DNA of 43,341 bases from a virus (lineage: Duplodnaviria > Caudoviricetes): the IMG/VR virus record IMGVR_UViG_3300036940_000024, positions 1 through 43,341 of that record; one strand, given 5' to 3'. The translations under genes were made by a program, and so were the position numbers. The notes below the pieces were generated by a model. The model saw only the letters and a list, made by a program, of their open reading frames with translations, made no database searches and was not told the DNA's origin. Positions within the stretch are counted from its first letter, which is position 1; the number at the start of each line of letters is the position of its first letter. Of the stretch, positions 8,501 to 17,487 are shown one piece after another.

Positions 8501-8911
8501 TCATTACAGTTATTATGTGAGACTCCTGAAATACTTAGAGATCAATCTCTTGTGAAAGTATCTGGGGGTGGAAATAAATCTGTAGGTACTTCTACTAATG
8601 AAAGGATTATCAACTGGGGACTTAGTCTAACCCTTAGTTACCTGGAAGAGCAGGCATATGATAAGCCAGAAGGTACTCGTAATTTAGAATTAATAAAATC
8701 ACCTGCATTTATTAGAGAGTTGATAAGTTACTCTAAAGAAATTAATACAGACCGTGTAAGTGCTTTTATAATGTTAATGATACTTAGAGAGGATCGTAGG
8801 AAAGTTACTGAATCTAGTAAGGCTCAGAGTATTAAGAATAAAACTCAAGATAGTTTTTGGAATAGAGCTTATAAAGGCAATAGTATTACCTCAGCAATGA
8901 AGTTTCGATAA
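5600..8911 (+). CDS. terL: terminase large subunit (intein-containing)
   Basis: Walker A GRG/SGKS split by an intein, Walker B FLEEVG, nuclease motifs AGWDP, YENN and DRVSA; lies directly before the portal. Confidence 0.93.
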   Translation: MVNNDNFLIKEVPIFHPISQKFERINFFKDVKRKIFEGMWVGNRWCPPELYYHVNISTIQFLGGGRKVQGIGQPWFRDIEWEKAFIYSEACGFSGFRDDPKYTCLREVQNMTKEEIYTEFCVDHKGNILEDNYKSLFKKDGTLKEYWPARTYFWRTDMSEKFGPHIYLNQALNVLDFEGRGCLAEGTEVLMYDGSIKKIEEVVVGDELMGKDSTCRVVLDTHSGEDYLYTLSHSDKSFNDITVTKDHRVSIKKRCHKNGKYVNGKRDNGFYYTEYTDCTIRELKEVESQVSFKDVYHRYKPNFGLEFKDSNVPTIDPYYFGLWLADGRSNCTSIKITDPVLWEYLDNFAKNNNIEYKISITEATHNRKEAREYYYKDNCLRQCFKDYGLVYQTGCVPNKYIPDDFLTATKESRLQLLAGIIDGDGTYDRGRKNFAIYVGLSKGLAKSYLRLVQSLGFRGSLTSRNREGHKEIFIIRVNGNINVIPTKLHRKQAPKIAHRVDLNSSFFKIEPSGFGKYYGLVVDVDGEYLLSDFSVDHNSGKSYWSSSCIQHSLLTDGARNYDAYLQGRKDKKFVSISQTLVGAIEAKYSADLLSKVKFSFNNLPGEVTIRINGEDKTFPSPLLPELGGSWEPGAKNPIHDTLSGSSIVHRTFQDNPLAANGTRPTRAFLEEVGFLSSIHEVLGAVEATQPNKQSNKYLPIYMLGTGGYTTTGTALWLKDVFYNPEAYDCLVFEDTWEGKGKIGYFLSATKGQNDFKEGPNLISNEEKALATIEKARERAKKSNNKVKLLTEIINQPIRPSEVFMTMEGNFFPTQDLNNILAELETKDSILNATYRYEMDIKDGKIVPRISDKQVIREFPLKRGFSMEACIELYELPKRDSDGNIPFGRYLAGWDPIMLDGNEDVQQSLQSIFVLDSWTDRIVAEYTARTYVAEEYYEQARRLLMFFNAICNYENNIKGPYAYFKNKNSLQLLCETPEILRDQSLVKVSGGGNKSVGTSTNERIINWGLSLTLSYLEEQAYDKPEGTRNLELIKSPAFIRELISYSKEINTDRVSAFIMLMILREDRRKVTESSKAQSIKNKTQDSFWNRAYKGNSITSAMKFR
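6143..7213 (+). mobile_element. intein with LAGLIDADG homing endonuclease (357 aa)
   Basis: Starts CLAEGTEVLMYDGS, has block B TKDH, LAGLIDADG motifs YFGLWLADG and LAGIIDGDG, and ends DHN followed by Ser+1. Confidence 0.93.
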
Positions 8912-8966
8912 AGACTATACAAAGTTATTTTTAATTTGAATAAATTGTAATATATTACTATAATTG
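8911..8966 (+). promoter_or_regulatory. three-part late promoter, copy 1 (portal)
   Basis: AAGACTAT-N16-TTTG-N20-TATAATTG. Confidence 0.7.
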
Positions 8967-8984
8967 TCAAAATAATTGATTATA

Positions 8985-11354
8985 ATGCATAATAATAATA
9001 GTTACCCACTACATTTCCCTGTACAAAAGATACCTGAGTCTAAAAAAACTAATCAATGGTATATTGATTGTATTAATGGGGCGGAGGTTGTAGGTTTAAA
9101 TAGGAACCTAGAGGAACATCGTAAAATGGAGGTATGGAATAATATGGATAATGATATTATTGACGCAGATGAGGTTGAAGAAATATTTAACCCAATGCAG
9201 TTAGAAAATGCTGTATTCCCTGCTACAATGAAAAACTATCCATTATCTGTACCTAAAATAGATTTATTACAGGGGGAAGAAATTAAACGTAGATTCGATT
9301 GGAATGCACGTGCTAAGAATCTAGATACATACTCTAGTCAGCAAACTGAACTATCAGATATTCTGATGGAAATGCTTATTGAGGAACTTACCTCAGAATC
9401 TTTTTCAGAACAAGAGGTTCAAAAACGTATTTCTAAATTTGGTAAGTATGCTGCATATGAGTGGAAAGACAAACATGAGCTAACTGCTACCCGAATACTT
9501 CAATATTTATGGAGGGAGCAGGATCTACAGGATAAATTTAATAGAGGTATAAGAAATGCTCTAGTATTTGGTAAAGAAATATATAGAGTAGATGTTGAAG
9601 GTGAGGAACCTACAGTTACTAGAGTAGACCCTAGGTCAGTATTTTCAGTACGTAGGGGTGATTCGGAAAGAATAGAAGATTCTGATATTATACTAGAAAT
9701 TACTTATGAACCTGTAGGCAAGGTTATTGATGAGTTTTATGATTACCTTAAGCCCAGTGAAATAGATAGTATTGAAAGTGCTCATAGGTTGACTAGTAGT
9801 CAAGATAGCCCATTAGGTTATAGAAATCAACTACCACCTATTTATTCTAATCTGAATTTTGGTGACGGGGACGGTTTTATTGATATTACAGAATTTAACC
9901 AGAATTCTTATAAGTTTGGATTACCTTATGATAATGAGGGTAATGTAAGAGTTGTAAGGTCTAGATGGCTGGGTCGTAGGAAAATAGGTAGGCTTACTTA
10001 TTTTGATGAGAATGGCGATGAACAGGAACGATTAGTACCGGAGAGTTATAAACCAGACAGAGAGGCCGGTGAAAATGTTAAGTGGATTTGGATTAATGAA
10101 GCTTATGAAGGTACTAAAATAGGTGAAGATATATATGTTAAGATGCAACCTAGGGAAGTACAAATGCGTCATTTTGGTAATAAATCAAAATGTTTCCTGG
10201 GATATGTGGGTACAGACTACGGTAAGTCCTTAATGGCTAGGATGGAACCCTACCAGTATCTTTTCAATGTATATATGTACAGATTAGAAATGGTTCTTGC
10301 TAAGTATAAAGGTCCTATTTATGAACTAGATGTATCCAAGGTTCCAGATGATTGGGAAATAGATAAGTGGATGTACTATGCAGAAGCTCTAGGGTGGGCA
10401 GTTACAGACCCATTTAATGAGGGTAAGAAAGGTGCATCTACTGGTAAATTGGCTGGTAACTTCAATACTACAGGTAAAGTACTAGATCCTAATATTGGTA
10501 GCTATATACAACAGATTGTAATGATGCTTCAATATATTGAAAAAATGATTGGAGATATATCTGGTGTTAATGATCAGAGATTAGGTCAGGTAGATAATAG
10601 AGAAACTGTAGGGGGTATTGAAAGGGCTGTAACTCAATCTAGTCATATTACTGAAAGGTGGTTCTTTGTACATGATGAAACTAAGAAACGGGTTATGTTG
10701 GCTCTATTAGATACAGCTAAGTATGCTTGGCGAAAGCATAGTAGTAAGAAACTTAATTTTGTACTAGATGATATGTCTAGGCAATTTATTGAGTTTAATG
10801 GTGAGGATTTTGCTTCTACTGAATATGACTTGTTTATTACCAATAGTTCTAAGGATATGGAAATTAGACAAGTACTTAAACAACTTAGTCAGGCTGCTGT
10901 ACAAAACGGTGCTAGCATGAGTATTGTAGTTGATGTACTTAGAAGCGATAGTATTACAGAAATGTCTCGTAGAATTGAACGGGATGAGCAAGAACGTGCT
11001 GAACGTGAAGAACAGATGCAGCAATTACAGCAACAGACCCAAGAGCGTATAGCACAGGCTGAACAAGCTTCAAAAGAAGCTGATAGAGAACTTAAACGTT
11101 ATGAGATTGAACTCGATGCTGAAACAGAGCGTTATAAGGCTGATTTACAGTATCAACAGAATGCGGAACAATCTGATGCTGGCATAGCTGAAGAGAAATT
11201 AGATTTGGATAGGCGTGAACAAGAGGCTGATTCAGAAGAGGCTAGAGCTAAAATTGAGATTGATCGTAAAAAACTTAATGAAACTATTCGACATAACAAA
11301 GCACAGGAGCAAATTAGTCGTAAATCTAAAGTAAATAGTAATGGCAAACAATAA
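8985..11354 (+). CDS. portal protein
   Basis: ~790 aa directly after terL; N-terminal FPVQKIP..KK..W, GVNDQRLGQ..RETVGG, and a coiled-coil C-terminus as in crAss portals. ATG 8985. Confidence 0.9.
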   Translation: MHNNNSYPLHFPVQKIPESKKTNQWYIDCINGAEVVGLNRNLEEHRKMEVWNNMDNDIIDADEVEEIFNPMQLENAVFPATMKNYPLSVPKIDLLQGEEIKRRFDWNARAKNLDTYSSQQTELSDILMEMLIEELTSESFSEQEVQKRISKFGKYAAYEWKDKHELTATRILQYLWREQDLQDKFNRGIRNALVFGKEIYRVDVEGEEPTVTRVDPRSVFSVRRGDSERIEDSDIILEITYEPVGKVIDEFYDYLKPSEIDSIESAHRLTSSQDSPLGYRNQLPPIYSNLNFGDGDGFIDITEFNQNSYKFGLPYDNEGNVRVVRSRWLGRRKIGRLTYFDENGDEQERLVPESYKPDREAGENVKWIWINEAYEGTKIGEDIYVKMQPREVQMRHFGNKSKCFLGYVGTDYGKSLMARMEPYQYLFNVYMYRLEMVLAKYKGPIYELDVSKVPDDWEIDKWMYYAEALGWAVTDPFNEGKKGASTGKLAGNFNTTGKVLDPNIGSYIQQIVMMLQYIEKMIGDISGVNDQRLGQVDNRETVGGIERAVTQSSHITERWFFVHDETKKRVMLALLDTAKYAWRKHSSKKLNFVLDDMSRQFIEFNGEDFASTEYDLFITNSSKDMEIRQVLKQLSQAAVQNGASMSIVVDVLRSDSITEMSRRIERDEQERAEREEQMQQLQQQTQERIAQAEQASKEADRELKRYEIELDAETERYKADLQYQQNAEQSDAGIAEEKLDLDRREQEADSEEARAKIEIDRKKLNETIRHNKAQEQISRKSKVNSNGKQ

Positions 11355-11886
11355 CGATATTGAAGGTCTTTTATTAGGTAGTAGAGCAAAATCTATGCTG
11401 TCTGCTAAAACACAGGCTCTCTTAAATGAGCATATTGCAATGGAACTGGAAGCAGCTCAAATATATAAAGCAATGTATTCTTGGTTAGAATATAAAGGTT
11501 ATATCGGTGCTGCTCATTATATGAAATTGCATTATCAGGAAGAATTGGAGCATATGGATAAGATATATCAGTATATGTTGGATAGAATAGCTTTACCTAA
11601 AGCTCCTCAGGTTAAACCAGCTAACAATAAGTTTACTAGTTTTAGAGAGGTTATTAAAAAAGCCTTGGATCATGAAATTTATGTAGAAGAATCCTATAAA
11701 AAATCCCTTGATAAAGTTTGGGCTGAGAAAGACCATACTACATTTGAGTTCTTACAATGGTATGTACAGGAACAAGTGGATGAAGTTGCAGGTTTCTCTC
11801 TTATATTAGATAGGTTAGATATAGCAGGTAATGACTCCTCTGCTATACTTTTGATAGATAAGGAAATGGGTCAACGGGAGGAATAG
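11341..11886 (+). CDS. ftnA: non-haem ferritin (FtnA-like)
   Basis: Ferroxidase ligands present: E..A..Y, EELEH, HE, FLQWYVQEQVDE. Confidence 0.9.
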   Translation: MANNNDIEGLLLGSRAKSMLSAKTQALLNEHIAMELEAAQIYKAMYSWLEYKGYIGAAHYMKLHYQEELEHMDKIYQYMLDRIALPKAPQVKPANNKFTSFREVIKKALDHEIYVEESYKKSLDKVWAEKDHTTFEFLQWYVQEQVDEVAGFSLILDRLDIAGNDSSAILLIDKEMGQREE

Positions 11887-11984
11887 TATGAACTTCTATG
11901 TAGTACAACAGTACTTTCAAATAGATTTAAGCCCTTTATATATAGTTACAGGGTTTTATTTTATCAACCAAATTAAACGTTAAT

Positions 11985-12902
11985 ATGACATTAGATCAAG
12001 TAGTAGAGAAGTTTAGGAAGTTTCCAAAATATATGCAAAGTGGTGCAGGGAAGATGAGTAGAAGGTTTAAATGTAGCAAAGAGACTATTAAAGAAGCTAA
12101 GAGGATTGTTAGGGGCTTTAAAAATCCAAGTTTACCTAAAATTTTAGTATTCGACATTGAAACGTCCCCTACTATATCATATACCTGGAGAAGATTTAAA
12201 GAGAATATTAGTTTAGACCAAGTTATACAAGATCCTATAATGCTTACATGGTCTGCCAAATGGCTGTATGGTACAGAGATAATGTCAGATAAAATTACTG
12301 TAGAAGAGGTTAAAAATTTTGATGACTATAGAATTGTAAAAAGTTTATGGGATCTTATTAATGAAGCTGATATGGTTGTTGCCCACTATGGAAACGGATT
12401 TGATGTTCCTATGATGAACGCTAGGGCTATATTAAATGGCCTACCTCCTTATTCTGTAACGACATCTATTGATACAAAGAAAGAGGCTTCTAAAGTATTT
12501 AGATTCCCTTCTAACAAATTAGATGCGTTAGGTGAATATTTTGGAGTAGGTAAAAAGATTAAGACAGATTTTATGCTATGGCGTAGATGCTTAGAGGGGG
12601 AACAAGCTGCTATTGATGAAATGTCAACATACAATGATCAAGATGTAGTAGTATTAGAAGAAGTATATCTTAAGTTAAGACCATATATTAAAGCACACCC
12701 TAATGTAGGTTTATACTTAGAATCAGATAAACCGGTATGTTCTAATTGTGGTAGTGACCACCTACATACAGAAGGTTCATATTATACTAATACAGGCCGA
12801 TATACGGTCTATCGTTGCGAGTGTGGAGCTATGAGTAGGGTAAGGTCTAGTAACTACCCTAAAAACGTCCGAAAACAACTTTTAACTAGTGTTGCAAAAT
12901 AA
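11985..12902 (+). CDS. DEDDy/RNase_H_2 (YprB-like) 3'-5' exonuclease with C-terminal Zn ribbon
   Basis: FDIETSP, HYGNGFD, YNDQDV; CSNCGS...CECG. Confidence 0.85.
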   Translation: MTLDQVVEKFRKFPKYMQSGAGKMSRRFKCSKETIKEAKRIVRGFKNPSLPKILVFDIETSPTISYTWRRFKENISLDQVIQDPIMLTWSAKWLYGTEIMSDKITVEEVKNFDDYRIVKSLWDLINEADMVVAHYGNGFDVPMMNARAILNGLPPYSVTTSIDTKKEASKVFRFPSNKLDALGEYFGVGKKIKTDFMLWRRCLEGEQAAIDEMSTYNDQDVVVLEEVYLKLRPYIKAHPNVGLYLESDKPVCSNCGSDHLHTEGSYYTNTGRYTVYRCECGAMSRVRSSNYPKNVRKQLLTSVAK

Positions 12903-12914
12903 GAATATTTTATT

Positions 12915-12970
12915 AGGTCTATTAGACTTTTGAATAAATTTGGATTGTATAAGTTAATATATTATAATTG
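12915..12970 (+). promoter_or_regulatory. three-part late promoter, copy 2 (scaffold/capsid)
   Basis: AGGTCTAT-N16-TTTG-N20-TATAATTG. Confidence 0.7.
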
Positions 12971-12989
12971 CAAATAATTAATATTAAGT

Positions 12990-14183
12990 ATGAGCGAAGA
13001 GAATAAAAATAATTTGTTTAGTGAAGACCTATTTATGATGGCGGGAGACATCTCAGATATGATAGGTGAAGAAGAGACCACTCAAACACCACCTGAAGAT
13101 GATAATACTGAACAGGATAATGAGTTTGGGGGGCAAAATAATGAAATTGATGATAATTCTGAGGAGGATAACAACTTAGATGATAATCAGGAGACCGAGG
13201 AAAATGATTTTGAAGAGTCTGAAGATAATAATCCAGATGGGGAGGATGCAACTTCTTCTGAAGAAAATAATGATGATAACAATGACTCTCCTTCTCTCGC
13301 TCCATACGCAAAGTTGTTGGTTGATGAAGGCATCCTCCCCAATCTAGATTTAGAGAAATTTGATGGTACTCCAGAAAGCCTAATAGAGGCTGCACGTAAT
13401 GAAGTATATAATGGAATTGATTATTACAAACAAACGTTACCGCCTGAAGTTAAGAAGTTAATTGAGGGTTATGAAGCAGGAGTACCTTTTGATAAATTAC
13501 TAGAGTTTAATTCTCAGAATACACAATATTCTCAAATTGATAAAGATAGCCTCATACAAGATGAGGGGCTACAGAAACAGATTTTAAAGGACTACTATAA
13601 GCGTACTAGTAGGTTCAGTGAAGAAAAGATTGATAAATTGATTGAGCGTACAGCTGATTTAGGTGAGTTGTCCGATGAAGCTCTTTCTAGCTTAGATGAA
13701 TTAGTAGAATTTCAATCACAAGAGGAGCAACAAGCTATTGAACAGGCTAAGCAACAACAAGAGGCTATTAAGCAACAGCAACAGGAACAACTTAATCAAT
13801 TTAATCAAACTCTTGAAAAGACTGAAGAGATTATTCCAGGAGTAAAGATTAATAAAGGTCTTAAAGATAAGATTCAAAAGAATATTACTACTCCAGTAGC
13901 ATATGATGATTATGGTAATCCTGTAAATAAAATTGGTAAATATCGCTCTGAGAACCCTATTGATTTTGAAATAAAGCTTAATTACTTGTTTGAAGCTACT
14001 AATGGTTTTACAAACTTTGATGTGTTTAGTAAAGCAGGTAAGTCTAAAGCCTACCAAGAATTAGAGAATGCGGCTAAATCATTAGATAAAAGGGGTGGAG
14101 CTGGTAATAATGGTTCAAGACCTAAAGGTGATCCAGAGGTTAAGGATTCAATTAACCATTTCTTGAATCAATTTGGTAAATAA
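12990..14183 (+). CDS. putative capsid scaffolding protein
   Basis: Very acidic N-terminus and Q/E coiled coil; immediately upstream of the major capsid gene. Confidence 0.7.
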   Translation: MSEENKNNLFSEDLFMMAGDISDMIGEEETTQTPPEDDNTEQDNEFGGQNNEIDDNSEEDNNLDDNQETEENDFEESEDNNPDGEDATSSEENNDDNNDSPSLAPYAKLLVDEGILPNLDLEKFDGTPESLIEAARNEVYNGIDYYKQTLPPEVKKLIEGYEAGVPFDKLLEFNSQNTQYSQIDKDSLIQDEGLQKQILKDYYKRTSRFSEEKIDKLIERTADLGELSDEALSSLDELVEFQSQEEQQAIEQAKQQQEAIKQQQQEQLNQFNQTLEKTEEIIPGVKINKGLKDKIQKNITTPVAYDDYGNPVNKIGKYRSENPIDFEIKLNYLFEATNGFTNFDVFSKAGKSKAYQELENAAKSLDKRGGAGNNGSRPKGDPEVKDSINHFLNQFGK

Positions 14184-14215
14184 ATAAAAGTTTAATTTGA
14201 TTAAATATATAGAAA

Positions 14216-15706
14216 ATGAGTGTAAGTAAATCTAGTTTTCCCAGCATAAGAGTCGAATCTAAAGACTGGGCGGGGCTAACTACCCGAAACCATCTTGGTG
14301 CTTTGTTTGGAGAGCAACCTGAAATGATTGGTGATTTTATTTCCAGACTGGAATATCTTGACCTTGGTGAAGACCTTATTTCATATATGGAGCAATATCC
14401 TACTTATTATCTTGATGATGATAAAGAATTTGAATGGTTGCTTCAAGGTGCTGAAGAAAAGAATATTCCACTTGTAAAGGCTACTGATCTAAGTGGTTCA
14501 GAATTTGCAGCTACTGATGAAGTAGGTAAACATGGTCAACGATTTATGTTGTGGTTCTCAGAAAAACTGTTTTTCCAGCAACATGTAATTGTAGGAGAGA
14601 ACCCAGATCTCTATAAGGTACTTCTTCGTACTGATGGGGAGCAACGTGGTGCTTACTTTGTATACGAGGCCGAACTTGTAACAGGTAACACTGAACTATA
14701 TCTACCACCTGAAGAAATTGAGGCAGGAACCCGTTGGAGTGTAGAATATTCTCTATCAGAACAAACTCTTTCTAAGAAAGGTTCTGATCTCAGCTTCACT
14801 TCTCCCTTCCGTATGGCCAACCGTATGTCATTTATTCGTAAAGAGCATACAGTTCCTGGTGATATGATTAATAAAAAGGAGAATAGCCCTGTAGTATTTG
14901 GTGTTCATGGTAAAGATAATAAGCCGATTAAAACTTGGCTGAATAAACTTGACTGGGAATTCCGTCGTCAGTTCCGTCGTGAGAAAGCTAAACTATTGAT
15001 GTTTGGTCAATCTAACCGTAGAGCTGATGGTACATATGCTAACCTCGGTGACTCTGGCTATGAAATCAAAGCAGGTATGGGATTGCGTGAGCAAATCTCT
15101 CCGTCAAATGTATTGTACTACAATAAGTTCAATATTGAGACCCTTGTTGATTACTGCTTGAGCTTATCAGTAGGTAAACTTCCTGAAGACTCTCGTAGAT
15201 TTGTAATCGGTACTGGTGAGCATGGGTTAAAAGTTATCTCTCGTGAAATCGAGCGTTATGCTTCATCTAGCGCATTGGACTATGATCGTATTACTGGAAT
15301 TACTGGTGGAAGTAAAGCTTCATTCCAGCGTCCTCAATACGTTAAGTTGGCTGATATTAATGGTATCCGTCTAGAGTTTATGCACATTCCTCAATATGAT
15401 GATGCAGTTCGTAATAAGATTACACATCCAGATGGAGGTCTTGCAGAATCTCATAGGATGACCATTATGGACTTCGGTTCTTCACAAGGTGCTCCTAATA
15501 TTCAGTTGGTTCGTTCTAAGAACAACCCTGAGCAGTTTGGATACTTACCTGGATTGCGTGATCCATATTCACCTGGTGGACAAGGTACTCCCAAAATCAT
15601 GGCTAGTAAGGTTGATGGTTATGAGATTACCAAAGCTGACTGGGCTGGAGTGATGGTTCGTAACCCAATGAGGCTCGGGGAACTTATACCTAATGTTCTC
15701 GGCTAA
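14216..15706 (+). CDS. major capsid protein
   Basis: 496 aa; W.GLTT.NHLG and G.GLREQ motifs typical of crAss-like MCP; strongly biased codons (CGT, ATC). Confidence 0.9.
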   Translation: MSVSKSSFPSIRVESKDWAGLTTRNHLGALFGEQPEMIGDFISRLEYLDLGEDLISYMEQYPTYYLDDDKEFEWLLQGAEEKNIPLVKATDLSGSEFAATDEVGKHGQRFMLWFSEKLFFQQHVIVGENPDLYKVLLRTDGEQRGAYFVYEAELVTGNTELYLPPEEIEAGTRWSVEYSLSEQTLSKKGSDLSFTSPFRMANRMSFIRKEHTVPGDMINKKENSPVVFGVHGKDNKPIKTWLNKLDWEFRRQFRREKAKLLMFGQSNRRADGTYANLGDSGYEIKAGMGLREQISPSNVLYYNKFNIETLVDYCLSLSVGKLPEDSRRFVIGTGEHGLKVISREIERYASSSALDYDRITGITGGSKASFQRPQYVKLADINGIRLEFMHIPQYDDAVRNKITHPDGGLAESHRMTIMDFGSSQGAPNIQLVRSKNNPEQFGYLPGLRDPYSPGGQGTPKIMASKVDGYEITKADWAGVMVRNPMRLGELIPNVLG

Positions 15707-15727
15707 TAATAAATATATTCTCAATTC

Positions 15728-15757
15728 GGTTATGGGTGGTTGGTTCTGCCCATAACC
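15728..15757 (+). terminator. strong hairpin after MCP (attenuator or mRNA stabiliser)
   Basis: 12-bp stem GGTTATGGGTGG/CTGCCCATAACC with no clear T tract. Confidence 0.6.
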
Positions 15758-15791
15758 TCTAATTAACAACTAAATTTAATTAAATCACAGT

Positions 15792-16658
15792 ATGGATAAC
15801 AATTTTTTGCGAGAAGAGAGAGTAGAGATTAAACCTATTGTAAGACAACGGTCTTTTTTCAGTAAAGGTCATGATGGGGAGTTCATGTTCTCGGGTACAA
15901 CTAAAGGTTATATGTTACCTTATTCTAATAGCACACGTAGCTATGTAGATATATTTGAGAGTAAGTCTGAACAGGAGTACTTTGAGGAAGAATTAGGGTT
16001 AAAAAAGGGTTCTTTATCAGTATATGATAGGCATAGTGAGTATTGGACTACATTTACAGTAACCCTTACTAAAGAGGGTAAAACTCTTGATCTGAGTATT
16101 CCTTCACATATGTTAGAGTATAAGGTACTTAAAGCTAATAAAAAACGTATTGCACCCTCATGGGAAGCCCGTAACAGTAATCCTGGTTATGAATTCGCTT
16201 TAGTAAGTGAGTCACAAATTATTGATGATAACTACAAGATTGCTGAGAAGAATGAACGAGCTATGGAGCTGTTTATGAAGGTTAAGAAGTCTAATAAGAA
16301 GATGTATGATATCCTCAGGGTTCTTAAAGGTAATGTACCTAAGAAAGCTAAGGAGGATACTAAATGGCTTAAATCAGAGCTTGATAAGATTATTAGTCAG
16401 AAGCAAAAAGCACCTGGTATTTTATCTATTGATGACTTTATTAACACCGCAGACGATGCAAAACTACCTTCTAAACTATTTGTACTTGATGCAATGGAAA
16501 TTGGTGAGGTGGTACAAAAGAATGGTAATTATAGATTGTCTTCTAATGACCAACTCTTAGGTAAAAATATGGCTCAAGTTGTAGATTATTTTGATTCAAT
16601 TGCAGGTCGGGAAGATAAACTTTTGATTCAACAACGATTAGAGCTTAATAGTAAATAA
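15792..16658 (+). CDS. conserved crAss-like protein downstream of MCP
   Basis: Synteny; LDLS.P...EYK.L.AN..IAPS motif. Confidence 0.7.
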   Translation: MDNNFLREERVEIKPIVRQRSFFSKGHDGEFMFSGTTKGYMLPYSNSTRSYVDIFESKSEQEYFEEELGLKKGSLSVYDRHSEYWTTFTVTLTKEGKTLDLSIPSHMLEYKVLKANKKRIAPSWEARNSNPGYEFALVSESQIIDDNYKIAEKNERAMELFMKVKKSNKKMYDILRVLKGNVPKKAKEDTKWLKSELDKIISQKQKAPGILSIDDFINTADDAKLPSKLFVLDAMEIGEVVQKNGNYRLSSNDQLLGKNMAQVVDYFDSIAGREDKLLIQQRLELNSK

Positions 16659-16677
16659 CATAACAAACTGATAGTCA

Positions 16678-17448
16678 ATGACTTCCAATGAAATGAAATT
16701 CAACTTTCAGTTAAAATTTGATAGTCTGTTTGAGTTCTCTGCTCCAGCATATGACGACAGACAGATAAGTTATCTTTTAACTGAAGCCCAATTCAGGGTA
16801 TTTATAAAACGATATAACCCTCTTGCTAATAAATATCAAAAGGGTTTTGAAGCAGATGAACAGCGTAGGCGTGATTTAGAGCAATTGATCAAACCTGCAC
16901 TATATGATTCTTCCGACCCAACAGGGGTGGCTTTACCTGATGGTGTGGAACCTATTACTCAGTCTGCCCAACAAGGTGGAGCACACCCAGAAGGGGTATT
17001 TTTTGATATGCCTATAGACTTTTTATATTCAGTAGAGGAAGCAGTTAAGCTTGTGGATGAACCCAAAGAAGCCTGGGTTAGACCTGTAAAGCATGATGAA
17101 TATTTAGCTAATATAAATAATCCCTATAAAAAGCCATATAAGGATCTTATATGGAGAATGGATATTAGTAGGTATCAGCATGCTGAAGGAACTAGCACAG
17201 CTGCTTCTGCTAAACGTACTGAGCTTATACTCCCAGAAGCAGCTACAGTAGATAAATACAGAGTTAGATACTTAGCTACACCACCTGAGGTTGTAGTAGA
17301 TGAGTTTGATCCTACAAATCAAAGACACTGCGTTCTTGATGAAACTCTTCACAGAGAGATTGTAGATGAAGCTGTTATTATAGCACAGGCTGCTACTCAA
17401 GAAGAAAAGTATCAGATAGGTGTTAATGAACAACAACGTAATGACTAA
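16678..17448 (+). CDS. tail ring/adaptor protein
   Basis: MT..E....F...FD, ISYLLTEAQ, Y.VRYL..P and C.LDE.LH.EIV..AV motifs; synteny. Confidence 0.7.
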   Translation: MTSNEMKFNFQLKFDSLFEFSAPAYDDRQISYLLTEAQFRVFIKRYNPLANKYQKGFEADEQRRRDLEQLIKPALYDSSDPTGVALPDGVEPITQSAQQGGAHPEGVFFDMPIDFLYSVEEAVKLVDEPKEAWVRPVKHDEYLANINNPYKKPYKDLIWRMDISRYQHAEGTSTAASAKRTELILPEAATVDKYRVRYLATPPEVVVDEFDPTNQRHCVLDETLHREIVDEAVIIAQAATQEEKYQIGVNEQQRND

Positions 17449-17487
17449 TAAATAATTATATAATTGTCGAATTTAAATTGAATAAAA

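Noticed and set aside
11888-11983. 31-codon ORF or terminator between ferritin and exonuclease
   Set aside because: The ORF is unsupported, and the AAGCCCT/AGGGTTT stem has a 14-nt loop, too weak to call.
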